Shown: positions 61,701 to 64,000 of the stretch, one piece after another
How positions within the stretch are numbered: position 1 is the first letter of the stretch
Layout: each line of letters begins with the position of its first letter
Assembly: GCA_002269645.1 (NCBI GenBank)
Contig: NIVC01002502.1
Location: 103,126-167,125 of the forward strand
Direction of reading: 5' to 3'
DNA length: 64,000 nucleotides
Source of the DNA: Macrostomum lignano
Taxonomy: Eukaryota
Notes under the pieces: model-generated
Databases searched by the model: none
What the model was told of the DNA's origin: nothing
Seen by the model: only the letters and a program-made list of their open reading frames with translations
Position numbers and translations under genes: made by a program

Positions 61701-64000
61701 TTTGTTCAAGCTTCGTCTTTAGTATTTGTCCTAGGACCAAGTCTAGCTCCAGAAAAGCCGTTCTGGTCTCTGTGATTTTCTTTGGCACCGGACCGGCTGA
61801 AGCAGAGCTTGGATCCTGAAGGGGCAGAGACCTCTTCCAGCCTGGCCATCTATGGCCCAGTGGCGCTTGCTCTTGTACCTTCGGGGTGAATTCAGTGCGT
61901 AGAAGCAGAGGAGTGAAAGCCAACAACGCGACCAGTCGAATCCCCATCCCATCCAGCAGTGCATGCCGGTGAGTCATTGCGTTTCCAAGCTGGGCGAAAG
62001 CCGAAAATTCTTTGCGCTATGCCTTCCTCCCCATCCGTGTCTATCGAGTGCAGAGCTTCGGGTTCCTCGTCCAAGGGGGATGGGATTTTCGCGGGGAAAT
62101 GTCACCACAGGAAGGAAGGTAGAGGTGGAGCGGGGTTAAAGGCAGCGCCAGACATGTCTGAAGCTGCAGTCCACCAATTCTGCAGTCAGAGACCCGCGTA
62201 CCTGCGTCCCACTAGATAATGGTAGGCGACTAAAGCTATTCCCTGCCGCTGCGGACCGTTTGAAGCGTGCACTGAAGCTTGCACAGTTGGAACACTACAG
62301 TTGCTATGGGCCGAAAGGTTGATCTGTCAATGCCCCAGAAAGGATGGAACTTTGGCGGCAAAACTTCGTCTCGGGTTTCTGAGCTTTCTGAACTTGTCTC
62401 AGCTGTGGTAGCTCTATCACAGTTCCGATAGAGAATCTGAGCCAAGCAAGTCGAAGCCAGCAATTGGAAAAAGCAACTCCATTGTTTCATCTCTGCTGAT
62501 GGAGCTGCCTCTGCGTCTGCGATCTAGTCACGAATTGGATTGGAGCGGCCTGCTGCCATCATTTCCGCTCATGCTTTCTGCTCTGCCTGTCTCTCTATCA
62601 TTGTGCCTCTGCCTGTCTATTCAACCTCGGCTTCATCCAAACCAACCCTCCTACTTAGCTTAGATTTTATTTTTCTTTCTGCCAGAAAAATTTGCCCGAA
62701 ACGAAGTCGCACGGTGGCGCCATTTTCACTGAGCCTCTTGCCTACGCGAGTACAAAGAGTGATGAGAGATGGCCAGTTGCAGCGGCTGCTGCTCACTGAG
62801 CAACCCAACGCTTCCCTTTGATTTCCCATCTTCTGAGCTCTTTTTGCTTGCTCCTTCATGCAGTTTTTTCTTCTGTTTCTTCTGCAGTCCGAGTTTCTGG
62901 ACAAGAACTGCAAGGCTTCTGTCCTACCTGCCTACCTGTCCTTTTCTGCCCCGATGCTCGTGTTCAATTCCCTACACAGCCTCCCAACCATTCGCCTACA
63001 TCTGCATCTTGCTCAGCAGACTTTGCAGACTTCATCTCCATCGTCACCGGGCTTCGAGAAAAACTGAAAAGAGATGAAACGAATAAACGAATCTCTGAAC
63101 ATGCTCGCGAGAGACAAAAAAGAGAAAGAGAGAAAGAGAGAGAGAGAAGGAACGAGGCCAATAATTCCATTCCAAGAAATACAGAGCAGAGATACAAAAA
63201 ACCAACCGTACTACTCTTTGATTAAGACTGCCGCATGGTTCCAGGAAATTAAAAGCGTGTGGCATTCCATTTTTAAGCACTACCCACCAGCTGAGCCAGC
63301 TGAAATGCAAAACAAAATTGTCTTCATATTCTCGGGCCGTCCTTTCTATCTCTATCCTGCACTCCGTAACAGCCTAGCAACAGACAACATGACAGCAGCG
63401 GCAAACCAGCAACGGCAGAAACGACAGCAGCTGCAGCAGCAGCAGCAGCAGCAGCAGCAGATCTGAGAAGGCCTCTCCACTTCCCGTCACTTCGTCTCTC
63501 TCTCCCCGCTCCTCCTGGGGCCATGCCAGTAGCGGATGCAGGGTGAAAAAAGGGCCGTGACGTGGCGACGCCGCGCGCGCAATGCAGTCAATTTTTTGAG
63601 AAGCTGCGCTCCACTCACATTGGATCTGCAGCCGGCGAGTGGGGAACGTAGAAAAGATGCATGGTGAGGGGAGAGGGAGACACTCTTCTGCGGGGGGGGG
63701 GGTACCTACTCGTACGTCATTGTTCTCATCTACCATTGCCTTAGTTCTGATCACGTAGCAAGCTGCAGCCGTGGCACTGCTGGTGCTGCTGCAAGCTGAT
63801 TGCAAAGGCTGTTCGTAAACAGCGCATGAAGCTGAATAGGGAAATTTTGTTTAATTGAATGGACAAAAAATTAAATGCCTTGAACCAGCTTTTCCGATGG
63901 AGAGGGGGCATACAATCTGACACAAAATTGCTGTCGGAGGCACTAAACGCTCAGAGCTGTGTCCCCAGGGTTCAACTCACTTCCTCTACTTGACGGTTTG

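Noticed and set aside
61740-64000. Short ORFs including poly-Q 63074..63466
   Set aside because: Low complexity, no consistent splice pattern or domain; probably the 5' or intergenic region of CLK.

Overview
This is eukaryotic (animal) genomic DNA with GC-rich exons separated by introns packed with micro- and minisatellites. The style suggests a free-living flatworm such as Macrostomum, but that is inference, not proof. All annotation was done by eye. The first 18.7 kb is almost entirely a 15-bp satellite filling one 18.4-kb intron of a minus-strand C14orf93/DUF4616-like gene, so the giant ORFs there are artefacts. Recognisable genes: a compact SMARCC/SWI3-type SWI/SNF subunit (SWIRM, SANT, coiled coil), a class A-like GPCR, a KChIP/NCS EF-hand protein and an intronless CLK/LAMMER kinase with two 1-nt frameshifts. 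Orphans: a 4-TM protein, an acidic NPFRP-motif protein ending in a CaaX-like CCDLM, a two-exon protein with by-eye similarity to bacterial YcgL, and three exons of a plus-strand gene missed by the ORF track. Mobile DNA: an old CpG-eroded Tc1/IS630 element, a young IR/DR-type Tc1 deletion derivative, two tRNA-derived SINE families, a 170-bp dispersed element and a 164-bp-arm foldback. No CRISPR array, rRNA or genuine tRNA gene was found. Best leads: a tandem array whose 34-bp unit looks like a complete mini-intron, a sharply bounded CpG-depleted domain with paired-copy evidence, the YcgL-like gene, an ATG-less SMARCC first exon, and a GTCAG motif on the sense strand of six intronic arrays.
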